Origin: an uncultured Gammaproteobacteria bacterium
GTDB taxonomy: Bacteria; Patescibacteriota; Microgenomatia; Levybacterales; UBA12049
Assembly: GCA_964503265.1 (NCBI GenBank)
Contig: CAZCYO010000004.1
Location: 82,098-146,097 of the forward strand
Length of the DNA: 64,000 bases
Reading direction: 5' to 3'
The stretch's first letter is position 1, and the number at the start of each line of letters is the position of its first letter. Of the stretch, positions 20,101 through 30,200 are shown one piece after another. The translations under genes were made by a program, and so were the position numbers. The notes under the pieces were generated by a model. That model was not told the origin of the DNA and did no database searches. It saw nothing but the letters and a program-made list of their open reading frames with translations.

Positions 20101-20381
20101 GTCAAGTCACTCTTTCCTGGTTACAAAGTTCAGGGATATACATGAATCGTGACGCCTCAGATAGTGATCATATTCAAGTGTATACGAACCCTGATTATAC
20201 AGGAACGAAAGTTCTTGATGGTGGTGTGGGTGGTGGAAATACTTCATGGACTATCCCTATTACTAACTCAGGCGTATATAATTCACTAAATTCTGGAACC
20301 ACCTACTATGCTCGCGTTTATAGCTGGAATGCACCATGCAACTGTAGTACGGGCACTGCAATTAGCTTCATAACCCCATAG
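17109..20381 (+). CDS. Secreted multi-domain protein: PQQ-type soluble sugar dehydrogenase-like beta-propeller + PKD domain + four FN3-like tandem repeats
   Basis: Signal peptide (…PAHA/AP). The glucose/sorbosone dehydrogenase family motif is HVGGTIQFGPDGKLYIAVGDNG. The PKD motif is FWNFGDGTSS. There are four ~110-aa repeats (…LSWNQSSGIYMNRDASDSDHIQVY…LDGGVGGG…YYARVYSWNAPCNCS…). Confidence 0.6.
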   Translation: MIYSTHKLMGLKNILVRAFAFVLLTLGIVTAAATPAHAAPPQDFQTQLLVGSGLSNTTGFGIAPDGRIFILQRTGEVKVYKNGALLPQPFTTFSTVITGDRGLIGIAFDPDFLTNHYVYFYLTGSDQYNRVIRLDARNDTAVGDQIIIFQTSTPSELLHVGGTIQFGPDGKLYIAVGDNGYGPNAQDLGNPHGKILRINKDGSTPGDNPFVNIEGVDPQIYAYGLRNPFRFQFDEVSGRMYEGDVGAADWEEINTITPGGNYGWPAAEGNCTDCPYSNPIFTYNHANQSSSITGGPVYHKSLFPSEYQNNLFFGDYARGFIRRLQFDDSGNVLGDYDFDMNAGSVVDLKVGNDGGLYYITYFPSRLYKITYSTGNHSPIPNADVDTMKGISPLTTHFTSSGTYDPDNDPLSYFWNFGDGTSSSEANPTKIYTKNGNYIVTLTVRDSNNLSNQSIPLVIQVGLPPAVIIGSPKEGATYHAGDTIAYTAFASDGAGFDLGDESISTQVLLHHDTHAHPFYGPITGRSHEFTIPINGEPSANTWYEIIITATDANGLTNTKSVTIFPIKSTFHFTTVPAGISLKIDGQPFATPKNIQGVSGYQREIEAYSQDTNGHSYQFSHWSNNGPARQTITTTDQDTNFIAYFTDIGSIDTPASNLQAAVQANNVTLSWNQSSGIYMNLDASDSDHIQVYTNADYTGTNVLDGGVGGGITSWTIPINNSGTYNSLQPGRTYYARVYSWNAPCNCANGTTTSFTTSGTATNGDKPPTNLSITGQTNQIVLNWSPSTGIYTNRDGSDHDHIQVYSNPNFTGTNVLDGGVGGGITSWSIPINTTGSYNSVQPGKTYYAHIYSFNAPCNCSNDTRGSFTVPQATGGTGEKPATNLQVAVQESSVILSWNQSSGIYMNRDASDSDHIQVYTNPDYTGTKVLDGGVGGGNTSWTIPINDSGSYNSVQRGKTYYARVYSWNASCNCSDGTTTSFTVTGTTNDHGASNLQALSSTSQVTLSWLQSSGIYMNRDASDSDHIQVYTNPDYTGTKVLDGGVGGGNTSWTIPITNSGVYNSLNSGTTYYARVYSWNAPCNCSTGTAISFITP
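19064..20378 (+). repeat. Four near-identical ~330-bp tandem coding repeats (FN3-like modules)
   Basis: Long identical DNA stretches recur, e.g. caagtgtatacgaaccctgattatacaggaacgaaagttcttgatggtggtgtgggtggtggaaatacttcatggactat at ~19841 and ~20171. Confidence 0.7.
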
Positions 20382-20503
20382 GAGATACCTTTTCTCTTCA
20401 CATAGCTAACAGATAGCAAAGAGAAGAAGGTATACAACTCTTTATATGCATTATTGCTTCTTCTCTTGACATTTTAATTTGGCTTTCTCTATGCTATAAA
20501 GAG

Positions 20504-23257
20504 ATGAATTTTATTGTTGAAAGATTAAGCCAATTACTAAGATCAGTTACAAATAAAAAATCACTGACGATTCTTTCTGTCGCACTTGTTCTCATCGCAC
20601 TTCCTCTAACAGTCTACATAGGCCAACAACGACAAGATATCAGACAGCGAGCTTCTGGTGGACCACTTGGATATGCACCAGCTGGTACATGTAGCGATCA
20701 GTCATTTTCAGATCTCACTACAGCTCAAGGCACGGTGACAGATCTTGCACTGGCTGCATCTTGTCTGAATCAATCAGTCTATAACTATTGTGTCGTTCGT
20801 GGATTTGGAGATAATACCTTCCGACCAAATGATAACCTCACCCGAGCAGAATTTGTGGCCTTTATCGTGAGATATCATGGAAATATATTTCCGGCAGGAC
20901 ATCCTCAGCGCTGGGATCTTATGACAACAGCTGAAATAGATAGTCTTCCCGTATTTCCAAATAAAATCACGAATGCAACAACAGGCAAGGAACAATTTCG
21001 CCTCTTAGACATCCCTTCTAGCTACCCGCTTGCACGAGAAATCTATACATCACAGAAATATGGATTTATTAAAGGCTATCAGGATGGCACCTTTCAACCA
21101 AGTGTTACTTGGAATTTTGGCTTTCATGGAATAACCCGAAATGATCAAGGCATTGATCCTAATTATAATGACTCATTTAATAATCCCTATAATTTCGCAG
21201 CTGAGTCCGGTCAAATAAAGCGTGGAGAATTTATAAGTCAGCTTTACCAATACGGGAAAGACCCAGTTCGCGCAATAAACGGACAAATCCAATTAGCAGC
21301 ATGTTTCCAGCCGACAGCTGTACCACCGACAGCGACATCAGTTCCTGTCACACCAACCAATCCTCCAACATCAAGCGGTGGAACAGTAACACAAAATGCT
21401 AGTTGCTCTAATACACTATCTGACGTACCCACATCACTCAACCAAGCCATGGGATGCTACCATAACACGACAGCAAGTGGCTACTGCATCGTTCGAGGAA
21501 ACGGCACGACACTTGGTCCAAATGATAACTTATCCAGAGCTGAGTATGTAGCATTTATCGTTAGATACCATAACCAAGTTTTCCCTGTCGGAAATGCCAA
21601 TCACTGGGACCTCATCACTAGAGCTGAATACGATGCACTTGATGGAACAACAGGTAAAAAGAAATTTCCAGACGTAAATCCAGACACATACTCACTCTGG
21701 CAAGAAATTTATACATCACAGAAATATGGATTTGTTGTCGGACAGCTCGATGGTAACTTCTATCCAAACGATCTCTGGACATTTGGTTTCCATGGAATTA
21801 CCAGAAACGATCAGTGGCCAGCTGGAACAGGATATGATTTTAATACGGCTGGGAATTCTATTAGTAGAGGAACATTTATCCAGCAGCTTTTTGATTATGG
21901 TAAAACCAAAGCACAACTCACCGCCTGCTTCCCAGTCTCTACCACCTATATGATTTCAGGTGTCGTTAGTGGAGTAACCGCAGCGACAAATATGGTATGG
22001 AATGTTCCAAATGGTGCATTACCTCCAGTTCCATTCCAAACAGATGCATCAGGAAATTATGCAATTCGAGATCTGAGCGCTGGTACATATTTAGTATCTG
22101 TTGTCTCACCAAGTGGAAAGACAGCAACCCCTCTATCGTATACAGTTAAAGTGGGAGATGGCTGTACTGTTACACCAGCTGGTGAGAGTTCCTGTGGAGC
22201 AGATGGTAATGCAAGTAAGGTAAACTTCTCTGTTACCCAAACACCTCCAGTGGTAACACTCACCGCTCCAGCGAACTTAAGACCTTCTGGATCAATTACC
22301 GAAGGTCAAACTACAGTACAGTGGGATGCCGTTATTGGTGCAGATTCTTATGAATATTCACTTTTGGATCAGACGCTTAACACTAATTTACCAGGTTGTG
22401 TAGTAAAAGGTGGTACAAATAACGATACTGGATGCGTACTCACATTCCCAGCCACCCAACAGAGTTATAATTTTCTGGCGGGACATACGTATCGCATAGG
22501 TGTAAGCGCCATAACGACTTCTTCATCAGGTGTTATCGCACGTGGGCCTGAATCTTCAGTAATAATTACTGCCGCAGCAGCCGTCAGTCAAACACCATCA
22601 ACATCTCCTACGCAAGCTCGTATCAACCTTGAGGTAATCTTTAGACAACATGGTATTGGACTAGCAGCAGATAATGCTAACCCAAATGCAACACCATTAG
22701 TAGTTAGTGGAACCATCATGCCGTTCCCAACACCGGTAGACCTCTTTAGAAATAGAGCTGTGACTGTCTACCTTTCGACAGGAACATCTCTTAATGACGG
22801 AACGCCACAGTATGAATATCAAAAAACTGGAACAGCATTGTACTCACCTGATAACAGTGGGTTTTATAAAGGAGTTATTGATCTAGGAACAGATGTTCCA
22901 GCAGGACAATATATTGTGGCAGTAAGAACAAGTAATTCTCTTTCTCAACAGGCTACAGGATTTGTAACAATTACACCTACAAACACCGTGATTGTTAACT
23001 TTCCGGCCCTTGTTTCAGGAAATGTTTATGACTCAACAATCGATAATACTACTCCCACCAACGATAACCAACTCGACATTCTCGATTACAATGCAATTAT
23101 GGATAACTGGCTGAATCCAGATCTATGCACTACCAGTAATAACCAGACTGTTTGTAACACCATTCGAACACGAGCCGACCTCAATGCAGATGGAGTAGTC
23201 GATGTACTTGACTATAATCTCTTTATCCGAGAACTCAGTGTTCAACGAGGAAGATAA
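20504..23257 (+). CDS. Surface protein: TM anchor + QRQDIRQRAS motif, multiple SLH-like modules, Ig-like region, dockerin-like C-terminus
   Basis: SLH-like segments (…VVRGFGDNTFRPNDNLTRAEFVAFIVRYH…; …GFIKGYQDGTFQP…; …CIVRGNGTTLGPNDNLSRAEYVAFIVRYH…; …GFVVGQLDGNFYP…). The C-terminus, LDILDYNAIM…DLNADGVVDVLDYNLFIRE, is dockerin-like. Confidence 0.55.
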   Translation: MNFIVERLSQLLRSVTNKKSLTILSVALVLIALPLTVYIGQQRQDIRQRASGGPLGYAPAGTCSDQSFSDLTTAQGTVTDLALAASCLNQSVYNYCVVRGFGDNTFRPNDNLTRAEFVAFIVRYHGNIFPAGHPQRWDLMTTAEIDSLPVFPNKITNATTGKEQFRLLDIPSSYPLAREIYTSQKYGFIKGYQDGTFQPSVTWNFGFHGITRNDQGIDPNYNDSFNNPYNFAAESGQIKRGEFISQLYQYGKDPVRAINGQIQLAACFQPTAVPPTATSVPVTPTNPPTSSGGTVTQNASCSNTLSDVPTSLNQAMGCYHNTTASGYCIVRGNGTTLGPNDNLSRAEYVAFIVRYHNQVFPVGNANHWDLITRAEYDALDGTTGKKKFPDVNPDTYSLWQEIYTSQKYGFVVGQLDGNFYPNDLWTFGFHGITRNDQWPAGTGYDFNTAGNSISRGTFIQQLFDYGKTKAQLTACFPVSTTYMISGVVSGVTAATNMVWNVPNGALPPVPFQTDASGNYAIRDLSAGTYLVSVVSPSGKTATPLSYTVKVGDGCTVTPAGESSCGADGNASKVNFSVTQTPPVVTLTAPANLRPSGSITEGQTTVQWDAVIGADSYEYSLLDQTLNTNLPGCVVKGGTNNDTGCVLTFPATQQSYNFLAGHTYRIGVSAITTSSSGVIARGPESSVIITAAAAVSQTPSTSPTQARINLEVIFRQHGIGLAADNANPNATPLVVSGTIMPFPTPVDLFRNRAVTVYLSTGTSLNDGTPQYEYQKTGTALYSPDNSGFYKGVIDLGTDVPAGQYIVAVRTSNSLSQQATGFVTITPTNTVIVNFPALVSGNVYDSTIDNTTPTNDNQLDILDYNAIMDNWLNPDLCTTSNNQTVCNTIRTRADLNADGVVDVLDYNLFIRELSVQRGR

Positions 23258-23327
23258 TTGCTGTGCTTGACAAAAAAATCACTCTGTGTTTAAATCTCAA
23301 TTAAGGTTGTACGACCTATAAATTAAA

Positions 23328-26300
23328 ATGAAGCACACAAAGCGGCCAGATAGTCGCTTTTTTTTCAAGCTGTTCAGTAAATATAGTAAAAACTATAATG
23401 AACATGTGATTTGGGAAAATCCGTTTAAAACGCGGAGAATTGTAACGAGACTTTTCCTCCTCTCTCTCCCCGTCCTCCTCTTCACCCTCTATCACGTTTA
23501 CACCCTAGTAACAAATGCAGCAGTCAACACGTCATACGATGTAGTTGTCGTCGGAGGTGGAACAGGTGGAGTGAGTGCGGCTATTCAAGCCGCTCGCCAA
23601 GGTGTTCGAGTCGGCCTGATCGAGTCGACCGACTGGCTAGGCGGACAAGCAGCTGCAGCAGGAGTTTCGAACATGGATGAGGGCGCTAACGAGCGCTCTT
23701 CTGGTATATATAGCGAGTTTGTGAATAGAGTCGCATCAAAATATGGCGGAGCACAGTATATTCATAAATGCTATTTTGGGGGTAATAATATTTGTCCTGA
23801 ACCACACGTCGTGAGACAAGTACTTGAAGAAATGGTCGCTGGTACTGGAAGAATTGATGTTTATTATCGCCACAGCGTGACATCGGTACTCAAGTCAGGA
23901 AATATCGTGACGGGTGTGACAACTCACTCTTCTGTCGATAACGCAAACAATCAGTTTGGAGCAAAAGTTATAATTGATGCGACTGAATATGGTGATCTCC
24001 TTCCAAAAGCTGGTATTGCCTATAGAATCGGCAGTCAAAATTCAGGAAGTATCAATACTGCTGCCTGTATACAAGATATAACCTATACAGCAGTCGTTAA
24101 ACGATATGATGGAGGTATCCCCTCATACCTTCAGATCACCACAGCACCACCTGGATACAACAGTACAATTGAGTCAAGATTCTCAGAGATGGTGACAAGT
24201 AGTGGTGCACGAGATAATGGAAATGCTCCATATTACTGGAGCTGGATTCACCATAATGCATATCGTGGAATGGCAGATTCTACTCGCCCGTCCACTACAG
24301 ATGCTGGATCTGGCGCAGCTTCTATCACAAAAACAGGTATTAACTTCGCCAATGACTATCCAGCTGAAAAGCCATATAACAATACTGCTGGCAATACAAC
24401 ACTTTCAGTTCGGTATATCGAAGATACAGCATATCGTAAACAAGCTGACTGTGATGCTAAATTAAAAACAATTCAATTCATTTACTACATGCAAAAAAGT
24501 GGACAAAACTGGTCAGTAGCTGATGATGAAGGATTTGATACATCATATAATCAATCAGAAAATTCATGTAGTAATATCCCCACAGCGTTTAAAGAAATCG
24601 AAAAGCGCCTCCCAGTTATGCCATATGTTAGGGAATCACGACGGATGATTGGAGTAACGACATATACATCATCACAGCTTCGTGCTCAAAAACAGTCAAA
24701 TCGACTAGACGGAAGTTCTGTTAAAGCGGTAAATTTCTCAAATAGTATCGCTATTGGTGGATACGATGATGACTTACATAACTGTAATGATGCATCGACT
24801 CTAGATAGTAGTATTGATTTGATCTCAGATAAAGGCATGGGCGGTGGGACCTTTCAAATACCTCTTGAAGCACTCATCCCACAAAGTGTCGATGGCTTTA
24901 TCGCAGCTGAAAAAAATATATCCCAATCCCGACTCGTTAATGGAGCGACTCGTCTCCAGCCAATCACAATGCTAACTGGTCAAGCAGCCGGAGCACTCGG
25001 AGCAATCTCTGCACAATCAAATAGACAGCCACGAACAATTAAACCAATTGAAGTACAGCTCGCACTCGCAAATGCAAAAAGCTACCTCGCACTCGCGCAG
25101 TTTAATGATGTTACTCCAGGAAACGCATATTTTGCCGGCGTACAAATAGCATCTTTATATAACGTTTTTTATGGTGATGGATCAGGAAATTTTAACACTT
25201 CAGGAGTACTTACACGTGGAACTGGTGCTATACTCTTAACTCGACTACTCAATATTCCGACTAATGGCACAGAAGATGATGCGATTACTCAAATCAGACT
25301 TCGTGGATATACAACTGCTTCTTCTAATGCCGCATATAATCCCGGAAACACACTCATCAAAGGCGATCTTGCCGTGTTACTTGCTCGCGCTCTTGGGCAA
25401 AGCCCCGGATCAGTAGATGGGGCACTTTCCTCTCTTTCGTCCCTTGGAATTCCTGTTGAATGTACGAATAGTGGCTGTGCTGGGGATTCAGTCACACGTG
25501 GAATATTTGCAAACGCTGCTGCTTATTCACTTAAATACATTCAAAACGGTATCACGCCAACTACCCCAATCCCTCAAGGAAACCCTGCATCAAATCTCCA
25601 AGTAAACACACAGCCAACCCAAGTATCACTGAGTTGGTCTTCAAGTAGTGGAATATATGCAAATACTAATGCATCAGACGGAGACCATATCCAAATTTAT
25701 TCAAACTCGAACTTTACCGGGACTAGGGTATTAGATGGCGGTGTTGGCGATGGCACACAGAGCTGGACAATCCCAGTCAACAATTCTGGTGAATATAATT
25801 CGGTTCAACCAGGCAAAACGTATTATGCTCGAATCTATACCTTTAATGCACCGTGTAATTGTAGTGATGGAGTAATGGGCAGCTTTACTGTTCCAAACGC
25901 ACCCATTATAGGTGAGGTTGCACAACCAGCATCAGACCTAAGTATTTCTGCACAAGCAGCCCAAATCTCACTGACATGGACTGCAAGTAGTGGGAAATAC
26001 ACGAACACTAACGCAAATGATAATGACCATATCCAAGTCTATTCTAATCCCAACTTTACTGGAACAAAAGTTCTTGATGGTGGTGTCGGTGGTGGCACAC
26101 AGAGCTGGACAATCCCAGTCAACAATTCTGGCGCATATAATTCTGTTCAACCGGGCAAAACGTATTATGCTCGGATTTATAGCTTTAATGCTCCCTGTAA
26201 TTGTAGTGACGGAACCACTGGCTCATTTACTGTTCCAGGAAATTCTCCAACAACTGACAAACCAGCATCAAATCTATCAATCAATGCACAAAGTTCACAA

Positions 26301-27245
26301 GTAAGTATATCCTGGTCTCCAAGTACAGGCAGTTATACCAACAGAGATTTCAGCGATAACGATCATATCCAGATTTATTCTAACTCGAACTTTACGGGAA
26401 CGAAAATACTTGATGGCGGTGTGGGTGGAGGTACAACATCATGGAATATTCCAGTGAATACTTCTGGTTCATATAATTCTGTCAAACCAGGCCTAACATA
26501 TTACGCTCGCATCTACAGTTTCAACGCTCCTTGTAACTGTAGTAACGGAACAAATGGCTCCTTTACCGTACCTGGCACAAATGGTGGAAGTGGTGACTCT
26601 CCTGCCACCAATCTTCAAGCAGGAGTACAGTCCTCTCAAGTTACTTTATCCTGGTCACAAAGCAAAGGAGTATATATGAATCGTGATACTTCAGACAGTG
26701 ACCATATCCAAGTCTACTCGAATTCGAATTTTACCGGGACGAAAGTTCTTGATGGTGGTGTCGGTGGTGGCACACAGAGCTGGACAATCCCAGTCAACAA
26801 TTCTGGCGCATATAATTCTGTTCAACCGGGCAAAACGTATTATGCTCGGATTTATAGCTTTAATGCTCCCTGTAATTGTAGTGACGGAACAACGACGAGC
26901 TTTACAGTAAACGGCACAACGAACGATCATGCTGCAAGTAATCTTCAAGCGGCAGTGCAATCGAACCAAGTCGTTTTAAGCTGGGCACAAAGTAGTGGTA
27001 CGTATATGAATCGTGACACATCAGATAGTGATCATATTCAGGTATATACAAATCCTGACTTCAGTGGCACAAAAGTATTAGATGGTGGTGTGGGTGGTGG
27101 AACGCAAAGCTGGTCAATTCCTATTACTAACTCAGGTACATACAATTCACTTAACTCGGGAACGACGTACTACGCTCGGATTTATAGCTTTAATGCTCCT
27201 TGTAACTGCAGTAGTGGTACCACTACAAGCTTCAGGACCCCCTAA
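23328..27245 (+). CDS. Surface FAD-dependent oxidoreductase-domain protein (PF12831-like) fused to five FN3-like tandem repeats
   Basis: N-terminal TM, then the FAD Rossmann motif DVVVVGGGTGGVSAAIQAARQGVRVGLIESTDWLGGQ. Five ~110-aa repeats follow, homologous to those in the 17109 gene. Confidence 0.6.
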   Translation: MKHTKRPDSRFFFKLFSKYSKNYNEHVIWENPFKTRRIVTRLFLLSLPVLLFTLYHVYTLVTNAAVNTSYDVVVVGGGTGGVSAAIQAARQGVRVGLIESTDWLGGQAAAAGVSNMDEGANERSSGIYSEFVNRVASKYGGAQYIHKCYFGGNNICPEPHVVRQVLEEMVAGTGRIDVYYRHSVTSVLKSGNIVTGVTTHSSVDNANNQFGAKVIIDATEYGDLLPKAGIAYRIGSQNSGSINTAACIQDITYTAVVKRYDGGIPSYLQITTAPPGYNSTIESRFSEMVTSSGARDNGNAPYYWSWIHHNAYRGMADSTRPSTTDAGSGAASITKTGINFANDYPAEKPYNNTAGNTTLSVRYIEDTAYRKQADCDAKLKTIQFIYYMQKSGQNWSVADDEGFDTSYNQSENSCSNIPTAFKEIEKRLPVMPYVRESRRMIGVTTYTSSQLRAQKQSNRLDGSSVKAVNFSNSIAIGGYDDDLHNCNDASTLDSSIDLISDKGMGGGTFQIPLEALIPQSVDGFIAAEKNISQSRLVNGATRLQPITMLTGQAAGALGAISAQSNRQPRTIKPIEVQLALANAKSYLALAQFNDVTPGNAYFAGVQIASLYNVFYGDGSGNFNTSGVLTRGTGAILLTRLLNIPTNGTEDDAITQIRLRGYTTASSNAAYNPGNTLIKGDLAVLLARALGQSPGSVDGALSSLSSLGIPVECTNSGCAGDSVTRGIFANAAAYSLKYIQNGITPTTPIPQGNPASNLQVNTQPTQVSLSWSSSSGIYANTNASDGDHIQIYSNSNFTGTRVLDGGVGDGTQSWTIPVNNSGEYNSVQPGKTYYARIYTFNAPCNCSDGVMGSFTVPNAPIIGEVAQPASDLSISAQAAQISLTWTASSGKYTNTNANDNDHIQVYSNPNFTGTKVLDGGVGGGTQSWTIPVNNSGAYNSVQPGKTYYARIYSFNAPCNCSDGTTGSFTVPGNSPTTDKPASNLSINAQSSQVSISWSPSTGSYTNRDFSDNDHIQIYSNSNFTGTKILDGGVGGGTTSWNIPVNTSGSYNSVKPGLTYYARIYSFNAPCNCSNGTNGSFTVPGTNGGSGDSPATNLQAGVQSSQVTLSWSQSKGVYMNRDTSDSDHIQVYSNSNFTGTKVLDGGVGGGTQSWTIPVNNSGAYNSVQPGKTYYARIYSFNAPCNCSDGTTTSFTVNGTTNDHAASNLQAAVQSNQVVLSWAQSSGTYMNRDTSDSDHIQVYTNPDFSGTKVLDGGVGGGTQSWSIPITNSGTYNSLNSGTTYYARIYSFNAPCNCSSGTTTSFRTP
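25582..27242 (+). repeat. Five tandem ~330-bp coding repeats, with a ~150-bp perfect duplicate at ~26071 and ~26741
   Basis: Identical segments ttcttgatggtggtgtcggtggtggcacacagagctggacaatcccagtcaacaattctggcgcatataattctgttcaaccgggcaaaacgtattatgctcggatttatagctttaatgctccctgtaattgtagtgacggaac occur twice. These account for the spurious antisense ORFs in the track. Confidence 0.7.
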
Positions 27246-27260
27246 TAATAGCGCATACTG

Positions 27261-30200
27261 TATGAAAAAACATATTCACCACAGATTTCAATTTGCTCAT
27301 CTTTTGGTAAATTCGTTGTTATCGATAAAAAGGTTCCCCATAAAAAAAAATCACCACTATACACTCTGGGAAAATCCATTTACTTATAAAAAAATTGTTC
27401 GCACACTTTCTCTGTTTATCCTCCCTATACTTATTTTTACTGGCTACCATACATTCACTACACATAGTCTTGCTGATAGTTCTCGTTCATTTGATGTTGT
27501 TGTTGTAGGTGGTGGGACTGGTGGTGTAAGTGCTGCTATCCAAGCAGCTCGTAATGGTGCAAGCGTTGCTATTGTCGAAGAAACGGACTGGATCGGAGGA
27601 CAAATGACTGCTGGTGGAGTCGGAACACTTGATGAAGGAATGGACTGGTCGACAAACCCAGCAACAGGATACGAAAGAAACTCTGGTATCTATAAAGAAT
27701 TTCTTGATCAAATAACGGCAAAATACGGTGGTATCCAAAACTTACATAAATGTTACTATGGAAATTTTGCAATTTGTTTTGAACCAAAAGTAGGTCAAGA
27801 CGTACTTAGTAGTATGCTTTCAAACGCTGGCGTTCAGGTCTTTACTCGTGAGAAAGTAACAAGTGCATTGAAATCTGGAACTACTGTAACCGGGATTGTT
27901 GCACATAATACACTGACCAATAGTACTGATCAATTTAACGCAAAAGTTGTCATCGATGCAACTGAATATGGTGATGTGATTCCACTCACCGGCGCTGCTT
28001 ATCGAGCCGGAAAATCAACTTCAAGCGCACTTGATCTCAACGCCCCAATTCAAGATATAACCTACAAGTTAGTGATGAAACGATATGACACAGGTATTCC
28101 AGCAAACTTAAAGATAACCCAGGAACCACCTAACTATCAAGCCGTTAAACCGCTCTTTGCGGGGTATCTCTCCCAATCAGCACCAATTAGAGACTGGGGT
28201 GATGGAGTCACAAGTCCCTATACAAATCCGCGGTCTTGGGTACAGTACATTGCATATCGCGGAATAGCTGACTCTAGTCATCCATCATCACTCACAGTAG
28301 GTTCATTTGCTGATGCAGCAGCGCTCACAAAATCAGGAATTAATCTCGCCAATGACTATCCAGCAACAGTAAGATTTTTAGAAGATCCAGCGAACCGTAC
28401 ACAAGTCACCTGCGAAGCAAAGTTACGAACGATTCAAATGCTTTATTACATCCAGCAGGAAATGGCACAAAACTGGTCTGTCGACACAGATGAGGGATTC
28501 GATACATCGTATAACCAAACCCAAAACAACTGTGCAAACATCCCCGCAGCCTTTAAAGAAATCGAAAAACGTATGCCACTGATTCCCTACGTTCGAGAAA
28601 GTCGACGAATAATTGGCGTTTCAACGATAACAAGTGCATCGATGAGAGCACAAAAAACAATCAATAGAAGTGATTCTGCAGCAGTAAATGCAGTTGATGA
28701 TCAGACGTCTATCGCACTTGGTGGATATACAACTGACCTTCACTGTATGAACGGTAATCCTTGTACACAAGACCAATTTGATAGCAGTATTGATAGTATT
28801 TCAGATATGCTTCCTGACACACATTCACTCTTTCAAGTTCCACTTGGCGCACTTATTCCACAAACAATTGATGGATTTATCGCAGCTGAGAAGAACATTT
28901 CCCAAGGGCGCATTCCAGCCGGTGCAACAAGACTGCAACCCATAACGATTCTAACAGGACAGGCCGCCGGAGCACTCGCAGCAATTGCTGCTAAATCAAA
29001 TAGACAACCACGAACAGTCACCGCGCTTGAAGTACAGCAAGTATTACTCGCAGCAAATGATCCGCTGACACTCTATAAATTTAACGATGCACCTCAGGGA
29101 GGCGCATTCTGGCAGTCAATTCATATAGCATCACTCTATGGCATTATGACTGGCAATGGTGGGAATTTTAATACTCCAGACACACTCGACCGAGGAACAG
29201 CTGCTATCATTCTGACTCGGTTATTTAACATCACAACAAACGGCACTACAGAAGATGCAATCACTCAGCTTCGAAATAGAGGTATTTCTAAAGCAACGTC
29301 TAATACAGACTTCGCCGCACAAAATCCACTCTTAAAAGGCCAGCTTGCCTTATTTATCGCGAGAGGACTTGGGAAAAATCCTGCTGACGCAACTGCTGCA
29401 TTTACGTGGACTGTCAGTCAAGGTATTTCTGTTGGATGTCAAAGTAGTGCGTGTGAGCAGGAAAGTGTCAGTCGTGGACAAATGGCTGAAACAGTGACAA
29501 CTTCCCTTCCTTTTATCGGCAGTGCTGTCACTCCAGTGACACTTCCTCCACCGACACAAGTACAACCAACTCCCACAACTATCCCGACAACGACAGCAAA
29601 TGATCCAATTGGTAATATGGACGGCATTAGTACAACAGGACAAGTAACTGGTTGGGGTTGTGATGTTGACGCAACAAATCATACAACAGATATTCACTTT
29701 TATGCGGATGGCGGTGGATTCGGAACCTTTCTGGGAGTGATAACGGCTAAGCAAACAGGCGAAGCCGCACTCGCTCCATTTTGTGCAGAATCGACTTCCC
29801 ATCGATTTACATTTGATCTTCCGACAACGGTTAAAGATGGCAAACCACATAACATATATGCTTACGCAATTGGCGTCGGTGGAGGCGCTGCATATAAACT
29901 ACTTTCAAATGCACCAAGATACTTCCAAAACGGTGGAAATGCTATTCCAAGTAACACAAGTCCTCAGTTAACCGGCTGGCAAGACTATGTTACACCGACT
30001 GGCGATTTGGTTGGGTGGGCCTGTGATAAAGCAAATAACAGTTCACCTGTTAGAATTGATATTTATATCGACGGTGGCGGATTTGGTCAGTTCATCGGCT
30101 CAACAACTGCTGATAAACAAGGTGATGACTCTGCTACGCTAGTCGGACTCTGTGGTGGCGGAAATGGAAACAGACGATACATTTTCCCTCTTCCAGATTC

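Noticed and set aside
25731-26969. Antisense and alternate-frame ORFs inside the FN3 repeat region (25731-25925, 25968-26150, 25990-26304, 26683-26910, 26691-26969; also 19819-20046)
   Set aside because: They recur only because the underlying DNA repeat is duplicated. They lie fully inside a long, well-supported sense-strand gene and have no RBS.
19064-27242. Tandem ~330-bp repeats as a possible CRISPR array
   Set aside because: The repeats are 300+ bp protein-coding modules in one continuous reading frame. They are not short repeats with unique spacers, and there are no cas genes.
17109-27245. Numerous N-x-S/T sequons in FN3 repeats as evidence of N-glycosylation
   Set aside because: Sequon frequency alone is not evidence. 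No oligosaccharyltransferase gene is visible in the window.
27082-27260. Upstream extension of the paralogue-2 FAD gene (track ORF starts at 27082)
   Set aside because: It overlaps the 3' end of the previous gene in another frame. The homologous N-terminus (MK…WENPF…TM…DVVVVGGG) begins at ATG 27261.
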